The notes under the pieces were generated by a model. The model was given only the letters and a program-made list of their open reading frames with translations, was not told the origin of the DNA and did no database searches. From Nemertoderma westbladi (lineage: Eukaryota > Animalia > Xenacoelomorpha): DNA of 47,696 nt. The position numbers and the translations under genes were made by a program. Shown here piece by piece: positions 11,578-21,900 of the stretch (within the stretch, counting starts at the first letter, position 1; each line of letters opens with the position of its first letter). The stretch spans positions 1-47,696 of the forward strand of contig JAUCBJ010002209.1 in NCBI GenBank assembly GCA_032718475.1. Direction: 5' to 3'.

Positions 11578-14566
11578 CTACTACTACTACTAGGTCGAGC
11601 GAACTCGGACAGTGGAAATGAGATCCTTCCAGGCTTCCCGATTCTCCATAGTTGTCGCAATTTCGTTTCTCCCAAGTTCAGTATCCCTTTCAAGTTGATC
11701 TATATATGTTATGGCCGGTCGTCCACGACTACGCTTTCCATGAGTTGGTTGCCAGAGAAGTAGATCTGGTATGACCTCGTCTTTACTTCGCCAGCAGTGC
11801 CCACTGAATCTTAATCTGTGTTCACGGAGGGTGGTTGATATAGGTGGTATTCTACCATAAAGCTCGGCGTTTGTCATGTGTTGTCTCCAGCTGATGTTTA
11901 GGGCTGCCCTTAGTAGTCTTGTGTAGCAACCATCAATTCGTTGTTCAAGTGATTTAGTCAGTGTCCAGGTCTCATCGGCTGATTTCCAGATGGTATCCAT
12001 TTTTGATAGAGCTACCCAAGCCTTTGCTTTCCTAACTTCTATGTCCTTTTTGCTACTCTCTATCCATGATCCAAGGTACTGGAAGTCATCGACCTGCCTT
12101 AGTTGATTATTATCAATGGTTGTCAAGTTTCCATCAACATTAAAGGTCATGAATTCGGTCTTGGTAGCATTTATATGCAATCCAACCTCCTTAGCAGCCC
12201 TCTCCACTTTATTTAGTAGAAGCTGTGCATCTGCTAGCGTATTAGAGAGCAGGGCGATGTCATCCGCAAAGTCGGTGTCTGTGACTGTAGTTGCCGGATA
12301 TCTACTACTTCTGCGTTCTTGAAGTGTGAATCCCAGATCTTCACCCTTTGTGGCCGTCCTCATTGCGTAATCCAGCACAATTACAAATAGTAATGGTGCT
12401 AATGTGTCACCTTGCAGTACGCCAGCCAGGATTGAGAAAAACTCAGTTTCACCATCTGGCGAGAGTACCTGCGCTTCTGTGTCACAATATAGCAATCCAA
12501 TGCCAGCAACAATTACTTCTGGTATTCCATAAGCTCTTAGGATTTCAAGCATTTTACCTCTATGGATGGAGTCGAATGCCTTCTTGAATTCCACAAAAGT
12601 CATGACTGCGGGGAGATTCTTTGACTTGATTCCTTCAATCAGTCTCCGTAGTGCAAGTATCTGAGCTATTGTTGATCTACTTGGTCGAAATCCGTTTTGG
12701 CTCTTACGCAGTAGTTTCTCTATGTGAGGCCTAATCCTATATAGAATCATTTTATTGTATATTTTGGCAGCTACCACAAGCAGACAGATCCCACGATAGT
12801 TTGTTGGTATGCCGAGGTCTCCTTTCTTGGGGAGAGGCTTTAGTTGACCTTTAGTCCAAATTGGTGGTGGCTTTTCCCCTTTTAACATCCGGTTGCAAAC
12901 ATTCAATAATGGTCTATTTAGCACTCCGGTTTTCCATACCTCCGCTGGGATTTCATCTAATCCACTCGCTTTATTATTGGACATGCTTTTAATGCTTCTA
13001 TGGAGTTCGGCAGGTGTGAAGTCCCCTGTTTCTATAGGTAGTGTCTTGTCATATATTTTCCTTGTAGGGCTGACCTCGATGTTTGGTGGCTGCCCAAGCA
13101 AGTTGCTGAAGTGATTTTTCCACTTCCCAACACGTTCTTCAGGACTATCGGCTTTGACGCGCCCCTTTGCACAACTTTTCCGACCAGATACCTCATTTAC
13201 AGTTTGCCAGGTAAGTCTTGATTGTTGTTGTATGTGAGCAGTTGTAATTGCTTCAGTTTTATCCTGCATGTACTTTTCCTGGCTGATGTTGTAGGCCAAT
13301 TTAAGATCGTCCTTAGCTTTCTCAACCTTGTTAATGTTTTCGGTTGTTGGTTGTTCGGTTTTAACTTTGTAGGCTATCTTAAGATCTTCTCTCTTACAAG
13401 TAACCTCAGAGTTTTGCCATGGCACATACTGTTTTCGTTTAGGTTTCTGGGGGATATGCCTCTTAGCTGATTCCTTGTGGGCTGTTATTATATTCTGGTA
13501 TATTGAATCGGTGGATTGGTCTTCATCCATTGACTGAAGTGCTTCAAAGCGGTTTTGAACTTCTACTGTATAAGCATCCTTTACAGCATTGTCAGTTCTG
13601 AGTTTCTCCCAGTCATAGTTGATTTGCTTGCTTGTCCTGGGTTTACTGGCTCTCAAACTGAGTCTGATCTCTGCAGTCAAAATTCTGTGGTCCGAACCAA
13701 TTAGGTTGAACGAGCTGTATGCCTCGCAGTTGATCATGCTATTTCTCCACTTTTTGTTTATAAGGATGTAATCCAGTTGTGCTTTGGTTCCATTAGGGTA
13801 TTGAAAGGTCCATAGCTTCCCCTTACTCTTTTCGAATGTGTTGTTTGTTGGTATCAATTCACATTCTTCCATTAGGTCTAAGACTAAGTACCCATTTCTG
13901 TTAGAACTGGTGTTATAGGTGTAACCCTTGATGTCTTCTGGGCCAATTTGCGCATTCAGGTCACCAGCAATGACTTTAACATTGTGTTTCGGGATGTCCT
14001 TAATAAGTCCAGACAGTTCTTCATAAAACTTGACTGCTTGTTCTGGCTCTGATGCATTGGTTGGACTGTAGCAACATATAACTGTTGTCTTGGGATTCCC
14101 ATCAAATGTTGCGATCATAACCCTGGAATTTATAGATTCGATGTTGTTTAGGGTCTTAAGTGCAAATGGGCTTAGCAGAATTCCTACTCCACCAATTGAT
14201 GCATTGGCCGAGTTTCTTACTGCTGAGCTTGTTACTAACGTCCATCCATTTCCAATGTCATTGTACTTCATGGCAGTGTCTTCATGACAAATCCGATGTT
14301 CTTGGATGCAGATGATGTCGATGTTATATTCCATTGCCAGAGCGACCATGTCACCCTGTTTGCTCTGTGCTTTCAGCGTGCGTGCGTTCATTGTAGCAAT
14401 CTTTAGTGTCTTTTTACATTTCAACAGGTTGGTTCTTCTTTCTTCTCTGTCTTCTGTTCCAGTAGCCAATTTATCGACCCCAGCCTGGTGTACCACTGAG
14501 GGACGCGGTCCTTGTTGACCCGGGCGACGACCGAGCCGGTATTTCTCCTGGAGGGTTCTCATACTC
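11578..14566 (-). mobile_element. RTE-clade LINE, near full-length ORF, (TAG)n tail, 15-bp TSD
   Basis: AAGAAGTGCTGTTTA at 11563-11577 and again at 14567-14581. (CTA)n on the + strand at 11578-11592. Confidence 0.93.
11590..14562 (-). CDS. APE endonuclease + reverse transcriptase (RTE ORF)
   Basis: APE: ATMNARTL, DIICIQEHR, YSPT, GDLNAQ, LDYIL, SDHR. RT: NYRGICLL, QNGFR, FVEFKKAFD, GVLQGDTLAP, DFADDIAL, YLGS. First ATG at 14562. Confidence 0.92.
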   Translation of the reverse strand: MRTLQEKYRLGRRPGQQGPRPSVVHQAGVDKLATGTEDREERRTNLLKCKKTLKIATMNARTLKAQSKQGDMVALAMEYNIDIICIQEHRICHEDTAMKYNDIGNGWTLVTSSAVRNSANASIGGVGILLSPFALKTLNNIESINSRVMIATFDGNPKTTVICCYSPTNASEPEQAVKFYEELSGLIKDIPKHNVKVIAGDLNAQIGPEDIKGYTYNTSSNRNGYLVLDLMEECELIPTNNTFEKSKGKLWTFQYPNGTKAQLDYILINKKWRNSMINCEAYSSFNLIGSDHRILTAEIRLSLRASKPRTSKQINYDWEKLRTDNAVKDAYTVEVQNRFEALQSMDEDQSTDSIYQNIITAHKESAKRHIPQKPKRKQYVPWQNSEVTCKREDLKIAYKVKTEQPTTENINKVEKAKDDLKLAYNISQEKYMQDKTEAITTAHIQQQSRLTWQTVNEVSGRKSCAKGRVKADSPEERVGKWKNHFSNLLGQPPNIEVSPTRKIYDKTLPIETGDFTPAELHRSIKSMSNNKASGLDEIPAEVWKTGVLNRPLLNVCNRMLKGEKPPPIWTKGQLKPLPKKGDLGIPTNYRGICLLVVAAKIYNKMILYRIRPHIEKLLRKSQNGFRPSRSTIAQILALRRLIEGIKSKNLPAVMTFVEFKKAFDSIHRGKMLEILRAYGIPEVIVAGIGLLYCDTEAQVLSPDGETEFFSILAGVLQGDTLAPLLFVIVLDYAMRTATKGEDLGFTLQERRSSRYPATTVTDTDFADDIALLSNTLADAQLLLNKVERAAKEVGLHINATKTEFMTFNVDGNLTTIDNNQLRQVDDFQYLGSWIESSKKDIEVRKAKAWVALSKMDTIWKSADETWTLTKSLEQRIDGCYTRLLRAALNISWRQHMTNAELYGRIPPISTTLREHRLRFSGHCWRSKDEVIPDLLLWQPTHGKRSRGRPAITYIDQLERDTELGRNEIATTMENREAWKDLISTVRVRST

Positions 14567-16005
14567 AAGAAGTGCTGTTTATTTGTATAGTAATGCTAAG
14601 AAGTGCTGTTTATTTGTATAGTAATGCTAAGAAGTGCTGTTTATTTGTATAGTAATGCTAAGAAATGCTGTTTATTTGTATAGTAATGCTAAGAAGTCCT
14701 GTTTATTTGTATAGTAATGCTAAGAAGTGCTGTTTATTTGTATAGTAATGCTAAGAAGTGCTGTTTATTTGTATAGTAATGCTAAGAAGTGCTGTTTATT
14801 TGTATAGTAATGCTAAGAAGTGCTGTTTATTTGTATAGTAATGCTAAGAAGTGCTGTTTATTTGTATAGTAATGCTAAGAAGTGCTGTTTATTTGTATAG
14901 TAATGCTAAGAAGTGCTGTTTATTTGTATAGTAATGCTAAGAAGTGCTGTTTATTTGTATAGTAATGCTAAGAAGTGCTGTTTATTTGTATAGTAATGCT
15001 AAGAAGTGCTGTTTATTTGTATAGTAATGCTAAGAAGTGCTGTTTATTTGTATAGTAATGCTAAGAAGTGCTGTTTATTTGTATAGTAATGCTAAGAAGT
15101 GCTGTTTATTTGTATAGTAATGCTAAGAAGTGCTGTTTATTTGTATAGTAATGCTAAGAAGTGCTGTTTATTTGTATAGTAATGCTAAGAAGTGCTGTTT
15201 ATTTGTATAGTAATGCTAAGAAGTGCTGTTTATTTGTATAGTAATGCTAAGAAGTGCTGTTTATTTGTATAGTAATGCTAAGAAGTGCTGTTTATTTGTA
15301 TAGTAATGCTAAGAAGTGCTGTTTATTTGTATAGTAATGCTAAGAAGTGCTGTTTATTTGTATAGTAATGCTAAGAAGTGCTGTTTATTTGTATAGTAAT
15401 GCTAAGAAGTGCTGTTTATTTGTATAGTAATGCTAAGAAGTGCTGTTTATTTGTATAGTAATGCTAAGAAGTGCTGTTTATTTGTATAGTAATGCTAAGA
15501 AGTGCTGTTTATTTGTATAGTAATGCTAAGAAGTGCTGTTTATTTGTATAGTAATGCTAAGAAGTGCTGTTTATTTGTATAGTAATGCTAAGAAGTGCTG
15601 TTTATTTGTATAGTAATGCTAAGAAGTGCTGTTTATTTGTATAGTAATGCTAAGAAGTGCTGTTTATTTGTATAGTAATGCTAAGAAGTGCTGTTTATTT
15701 GTATAGTAATGCTAAGAAGTGCTGTTTATTTGTATAGTAATGCTAAGAAGTGCTGTTTATTTGTATAGTAATGCTAAGAAGTGCTGTTTATTTGTATAGT
15801 AATGCTAAGAAGTGCTGTTTATTTGTATAGTAATGCTAAGAAGTGCTGTTTATTTGTATAGTAATGCTAAGAAGTGCTGTTTATTTGTATAGTAATGCTA
15901 AGAAGTGCTGTTTATTTGTATAGTAATGCTAAGAAATGCTGTTTATTTGTATAGTAATGCTAAGAAGTGCTGTTTATTTGTATAGTAATGCTAAGAAGTG
16001 CTGTT
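14567..16005. repeat. 31-bp satellite block 3 (about 46 units), nearly invariant
   Basis: Same unit. Only a few variants, located near the block ends. Confidence 0.97.
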
Positions 16006-16407
16006 GCTGTTTATTTTGCTGATTTAGTATGACGGATACAATTAATATTTCCTTCCTTAAGTTGTATCATTACTATTTTCAAAATAAAGTTATTTTCCAC
16101 ATAAAAAAAACAAAAACACACCGAAAGAAAGACGCGCGATCGATTGCATTAGCACGCATGATCGATAATCAACCAAAGAAGTTACCTACGAGCCATAATT
16201 ATCAAGAAAAACTACATATCAATAGGCCTACAAATCAAACAAACAAACAAACATAAAGTGTAATATATTGGAATTAGTTGGTAGGCGGCCTATGAAAACA
16301 TAATTATAAAGTGTTGTAGCATGATAGTAAAAGCATAGCTGATACACAAAGGAACAGTATATTGCTCAGTGAGGATGACCAGGTGCAGTACAGTACGTAC
16401 AAGCCAA

Positions 16408-16413
16408 TTTATT
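16408..16413 (-). terminator. Candidate poly(A) signal AATAAA of the homeobox gene
   Basis: TTTATT on + about 65 nt after the stop. A second AATAAA overlaps the stop codon. Confidence 0.4.
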
Positions 16414-16475
16414 ATTGACACCCTTGAGTTGGTTAATGCCTCGACACAACAATAACCTCAGTACATTTGTTTTTA

Positions 16476-17046
16476 TTAGGTACTTTTCAGTGTTAAATCA
16501 AAGGGAACATCATCGCAACAATCCTCATCATTTATGTCGTCATCACAAAGTTTATGCAATGCGTTAAGTTCTTCTGATTTGTGGTTGTTAATGACGTCAT
16601 TTACAACCAATCGAAAATCTGTCTTTGTACGTCTCATCGACTGTTGAAGATCCCCGCCTCCAGTAACAGACATGGAATTGTCTACAACGGCACTCTCATT
16701 GGCTAGACATCCGCTGACATCTCTCCGATTGAATACATCATTTATAGTAGCAGCAGATACTGGGGCTGGTCCTTGTGGGTACGCACTCAACAATGGTAGT
16801 CTAGACGTCTGTAAGGACTCACTCAGTCCCGCATGTATTCGTCGCATTGTGTCGATGTTAGCCTGTCGGAGTATCGCGGAATGAACCTCAGCAAACTTTC
16901 TCGCGGAATAAAAGGATATATTTGGAACGCCGCCGAGACAATCCGGGGTTTCGCCTCCCCAACTCCGCGCCGGGCCGGACGAAACGTTCACATTCCGTTG
17001 AAGTTTCCGCTGCTTTGCCCTTCTGTTCTTAAACCACACTTGGACT
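16476..17046 (-). CDS. Dmbx: Dmbx-like K50 PRD-class homeobox gene, terminal coding exon
   Basis: Acceptor ttgtttttcag|A GTC CAA GTG TGG. Encodes VQVWFKNRRAKQRKLQ and an open frame to TAA at 16478-16476, ending DVPFDLTLKST. Confidence 0.85.
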
Positions 17047-17129
17047 CTGAAAAACAATTTGAAGGATATTAGACGTGATGTTTTGCAATACAAACCGCAA
17101 TGGAGGCACGCGGGCGCCGGCTCGCTTGT

Positions 17130-18455
17130 TTGTGTAGCTGTCTGTAATATGGATTTAGACTGATGTGTAGCTATCTGTCTGTGATGGACAGTTGTGGCTA
17201 TGTGTCGCTTTCTGTAATGAACAATTGTGGGTGTGTGTATCTATCAGTGATGGACAGTGGGGGGTGTGTGTAGCTGTCTGTGATGGACAGTTGTGGGGTA
17301 TGTGTAGCTGTCTTTGATGGGTAGTTGTGGGGTGTGTGTAGCTGTCTGTGATGGACAGTGGGGGGTGTGTGTAGCTGTCTGTGATGGACAGTTGTGGGGT
17401 ATGTGTAGCTGTCTTTGATGGGTAGTTGTGGGGTGTGTGTAGCTGTCTGTTATGGACAGTTGTGGGGTGTGTGTATATGTCTTTGATGGGCAGTTGGGGG
17501 GTGTTTGTAGCTGTCTGTGATGGACAGTGGGGGGTGTATGTATGTATATGTCTTTGATGGGCAGTTGTAGGGTGTTTGTAGCTGTCTGTGATGGACAGTG
17601 GGGGGTGTGTGTAGCTGTCTTTGATGGGTAGTTGTGGGGTGTGTGTAGCTGTCTGTGATGGACAGTTGTGGGGTGTGTGTAGCTGTCTGTGATGGACAGT
17701 TTGGGGTGTGTAGCTGTCTGTGATGGACAGTTGTGGGGTGTGTGAATCTGTCTGTTATGGGCAGTTGGGGGTGTGTGTAGCTGTCTTTGATGGGTAGTTG
17801 TGGGATGTGTGTAGCTGTCTGTGATGGACAGTTGTGGGGTGTGTGTAGCTGTCTGTGATGGACAGTTTGGGGTGTGTAGCTGTCTGTGATGGACAGTTGT
17901 GTGGTGTGTGTAGCTGTCTGTGATGGACAGTTGGGGGTGTGTGTAGCTGTCTGTGATGGACAGTTGTGGGGTGTATGTAGCTGTCTTTGATGGGCAGTTG
18001 TGTGGTGTGTGTAGCTGTCTGTGATGGACAGTTGGGGGTGTGTGTAGCTGTCTGTGATGGACAATTGTGGGGTGTGTGTAGCTGTCTGTGATGGAGAGTT
18101 GTGGTTTATGTAGCTTTATGTAATGGGCAATTGTGGGTGTGTGTAGCTGTCTGTGATGGACAGTTGGGGGGTGTGTGTAACTGTCTGTGATGGACAGTTG
18201 TGGGGTATGCAGCTTACTGTAATGGATAATTGTGTGTCTGTGAAGCTGTCTGTGATGGGCAGTTGTGGGGTGTGTGTAGCTGTCTGTGATGGACAGTTGG
18301 GGGTGTGTAGCTGTCTGTGATGGAGAGTTGTGGTGTATGTAGCTTTTTTAATGGACAATTGTGGGTGTGTGTAGCTGTCTGTGATGGACAGTTGAGGGGT
18401 ATGTGTATTGTGTAGGCCTACTATAGCTCACTGTGATAGACAGTTGTGAGGTGTG
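17130..18455. repeat. Intronic GT-rich minisatellite, 31-34-bp unit GTGTGTGTAGCTGTCTGTGATGGACAGTTGTGGG (about 39 units)
   Basis: Imperfect tandem repeat filling the intron 17047-18497. Confidence 0.95.
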
Positions 18456-18497
18456 TTGCACAGTAGGTTAGTACAAATAGCGAGGTGCTGCACTAAC

Positions 18498-18659
18498 CTA
18501 GCCTCAGGTAAGTTAGTACACAGAGCGAGATGTTCTCTGAGGACAACATCTGGGTAATGGTTGGATGTAAAAGCCGACTCCAAGGCCGTTAACTGAGGCG
18601 TTGTGAACGCAGTTCGCGTCCTTCTCTGTTTCCCCCTTGGATATATCGAACTATATCTT
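18498..18659 (-). CDS. Dmbx: Dmbx-like homeobox gene, internal exon (162 bp, phase 2-2) with homeodomain residues 1-44
   Basis: Acceptor ttttatattatag|, donor AG|gttagt. Translates [54 protein letters not shown] and splices in frame to 17046. The [24 protein letters not shown] signature matches Dmbx as I recall it. Confidence 0.87.
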
Positions 18660-18900
18660 CTATAATATAAAATATTTTAGTTAACTTTTTTATTTAAAAT
18701 GGAAAACATTGAAATATAATAAATTGTTAAGACAATATATGAAAATGGCAATAATGGTTCCTTGGGTGGGGGGGGGGGGGGGGATATTATTTAATATATC
18801 TGTAGATGTTAGGTGACAGATAACTTGGTGGAGTTTGTAGAAAAATCTTGCTTATTACTGTCTCGGAATTAGGAAAACATTCATAGGGTTTCAACGCTTA

Positions 18901-21900
18901 AATATATTCTATAAATAAGTGGTTGTCCGCGGAACAATATATATTCTATAAATAAGTGGTTGTCCGCGGAACAATATATATTCTATAAATAAGTGGTTGT
19001 CCGCGGAACAATATATATTCTATAAATAAGTGGTTGTCCGCGGAACAATATATATTCTATAAATAAGTGGTTGTCCGCGGAACAATATATATTCTATAAA
19101 TAAGTGGTTGTCCGCGGAACAATATATATTCTATAAATAAGTGGTTGTCCGCGGAACAATATATATTCTATTAATAAGTGGTTGTCCGCGGAACAATATA
19201 TATTGTATAAATAAGTGATTGTCCGCGGAACAATATATATTCTATAAATAAGTGGTTGTCCGCGGAACAATATATATTCTATAAATAAGTGGTTGTCCGC
19301 GGAACAATATATATTCTATAAATAAGTGGTTGTCCGCGGAACAATATATATTCTATAAATAAGTGGTTGTCCGCGGAACAATATATATTCTATAAATAAG
19401 TGGTTGTCCGCGGAACAATATATATTGTATAAATAAGTGATTGTCCGCGGAACAATATATATTCTATAAATAAGTGGTTGTCCGCGGAACAATATATATT
19501 CTATAAATAAGTGGTTGTCCGCGGAACAATATATATTCTATAAATAAGTGGTTGTCCGCGGAACAATATATATTCTATAAATAAGTGATTGTCCGTGGAA
19601 CAATATATATTCTATAAATAAGTGATTTTCCGCGGAACAATATATATTCTATAAATAAGTGGTTGTCCGCGGAACAATATATATTCTATAAATAAGTGGT
19701 TGTCCGCGGAACAATATATATTCTATAAATAAGTGGTTGTCCGCGGAACAATATATATTCTATAAATAAGTGGTTGTCCGCGGAACAATATATATTCTAT
19801 AAATAAGTGGTTGTCCGCGGAACAATATATATTCTATAAATAAGTGGTTGTCCGCGGAACAATATATATTCTATAAATAAGTGGTTGTCCGCGGAACAAT
19901 ATATATTCTATAAATAAGTGGTTGTCCGCGGAACAATATATATTGTATAAATAAGTGATTGTCCGCGGAACAATATATATTCTATAAATAAGTGGTTGTC
20001 CGCGGAACAATATATATTCTATAAATAAGTGGTTGTCCGCGGAACAATATATATTCTATAAATAAGTGGTTGTCCGCGGAACAATATATATTCTATAAAT
20101 AAGTGGTTGTCCGCGGAACAATATATATTCTATAAATAAGTGGTTGTCCGCGGAACAATATATATTGTATAAATAAGTGATTGTCCGCGGAACAATATAT
20201 ATTCTATAAATAAGTGGTTGTCCGCGGAACAATATATATTCTATAAATAAGTGGTTGTCCGCGGAACAATATATATTCTATAAATAAGTGATTTTCCGCG
20301 GAACAATATATATTCTATAAATAAGTGGTTGTCCGCGGAACAATATATATTCTATAAATAAGTGGTTGTCCGCGGAACAATATATATTCTATTAATAACT
20401 GGTTGTCCGCGGAACAATATATATTGTATAAATAAGTGGTTGTCCGCGGAACAATATATATTATATAAATAAGTGATTGTCCGCGGAACAATATATATTC
20501 TATTAATAAGTGGTTGTCCGCGGAACAATATATATTGTATAAATAAGTGGTTGTCCGCGGAACAATATATATTATATAAATAAGGGATTGTCCGCGGAAT
20601 AATATATATTATATAAATAAGTGATTGTCCGCGGAACAATATATATTCTATAAATAAGTGATTGTCCGCGGAACAATATATATTCTATAAATAAGTGATT
20701 GTCCGCGGAACAATATATATTCTATAAATAAGTGGTTGTCCGCGGAACAATATATATTGTATAAATAAGTGGTTGTCCGCGGAACAATATATATTATATA
20801 AATAAGTGATTGTCCGCGGAACAATATATATTATATAAATAAGTGATTGTCCGCGGAACAATATATATTCTATAAATAAGTGATTGTCCGCGGAACAATA
20901 TATATTCTATAAATAAGTGGTTGTCCGCGGAACAATATATATATTGTATAAATAAGTGGTTGTCCGCGAAACAATATATATTATATAAATAAGTGATTGT
21001 CCGCGGAACAATATATATTCTATTAATAACTGGTTGTCCGCGGAACAATATATATTGTATAAATAAGTGGTTGTCCGCGGAACAATATATATATTGTATA
21101 AATAAGTGGTTGTCCGCGAAACAATATATATTATATAAATAAGTGATTGTCCGCGGAACAATATATATTCTATTAATAACTGGTTGTCCGCGGAACAATA
21201 TATATTGTATAAATAAGTGGTTGTCCGCGGAACAATATATATTATATAAATAAGTGATTGTCCGCGGAACAATATATATTATATAAATAAGTGATTTTCC
21301 GCGGAACAATATATATTCTATTAATAAGTGGTTGTCCGCGGAACAATATATATTTTATAAATAAGTGGTTGTCCGCGGAACAATATATATTATATAAATA
21401 AGGGATTGTCCGCGGAACAATATATATTCTATAAATAAGTGATTGTCCGCGGAACAATATATATTCTATAAATAAGTGATTGTCCGCGGAACAATATATA
21501 TTCTATAAATAAGTGGTTGTCCGCGGAACAATATATATTGTATAAATAAGTGGTTGTCCGCGGAACAATATATATTATATAAATAAGTGATTGTCCGCGG
21601 AACAATATATATTATATAAATAAGTGATTGTCCGCGGAACAATATATATTCTATAAATAAGTGATTGTCCGCGGAACAATATATATTCTATAAATAAGTG
21701 GTTGTCCGCGGAACAATATATATATTGTATAAATAAGTGGTTGTCCGCGAAACAATATATATTATATAAATAAGTGATTGTCCGCGGAACAATATATATT
21801 CTATAAATAAGTGGTTGTCCGCGGAACAATATATATTCCCTAAATAAGTGATTGTCCGCGGAACAATATATATTGTATAAATAAGTGGTTGTCCGCGGAA

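Noticed and set aside
6518-16005. CRISPR-like or RT-associated repeat system (31-bp repeats flanking RT ORFs)
   Set aside because: No spacers. The RTs are ordinary CR1- and RTE-type LINE proteins with tails and TSDs, i.e. insertions into the array.
16029-16256. 75-aa + strand ORF
   Set aside because: Low-complexity AT-rich sequence downstream of the homeobox gene, with no motif.
17047-17093. N-terminus MYCKTSRLISFKLFFR of ORF 16476-17093
   Set aside because: Intronic polypyrimidine/acceptor sequence. The true frame comes from the exon at 18498-18659.
17450-18358. Minus-strand ORFs of 204 and 80 aa
   Set aside because: Translations of the intronic minisatellite, cycling through all three frames of the unit.
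18763-18783. Poly-G tract (also at 5040-5050)
   Set aside because: Simple homopolymers with no supporting evidence of function, and their lengths are error-prone.
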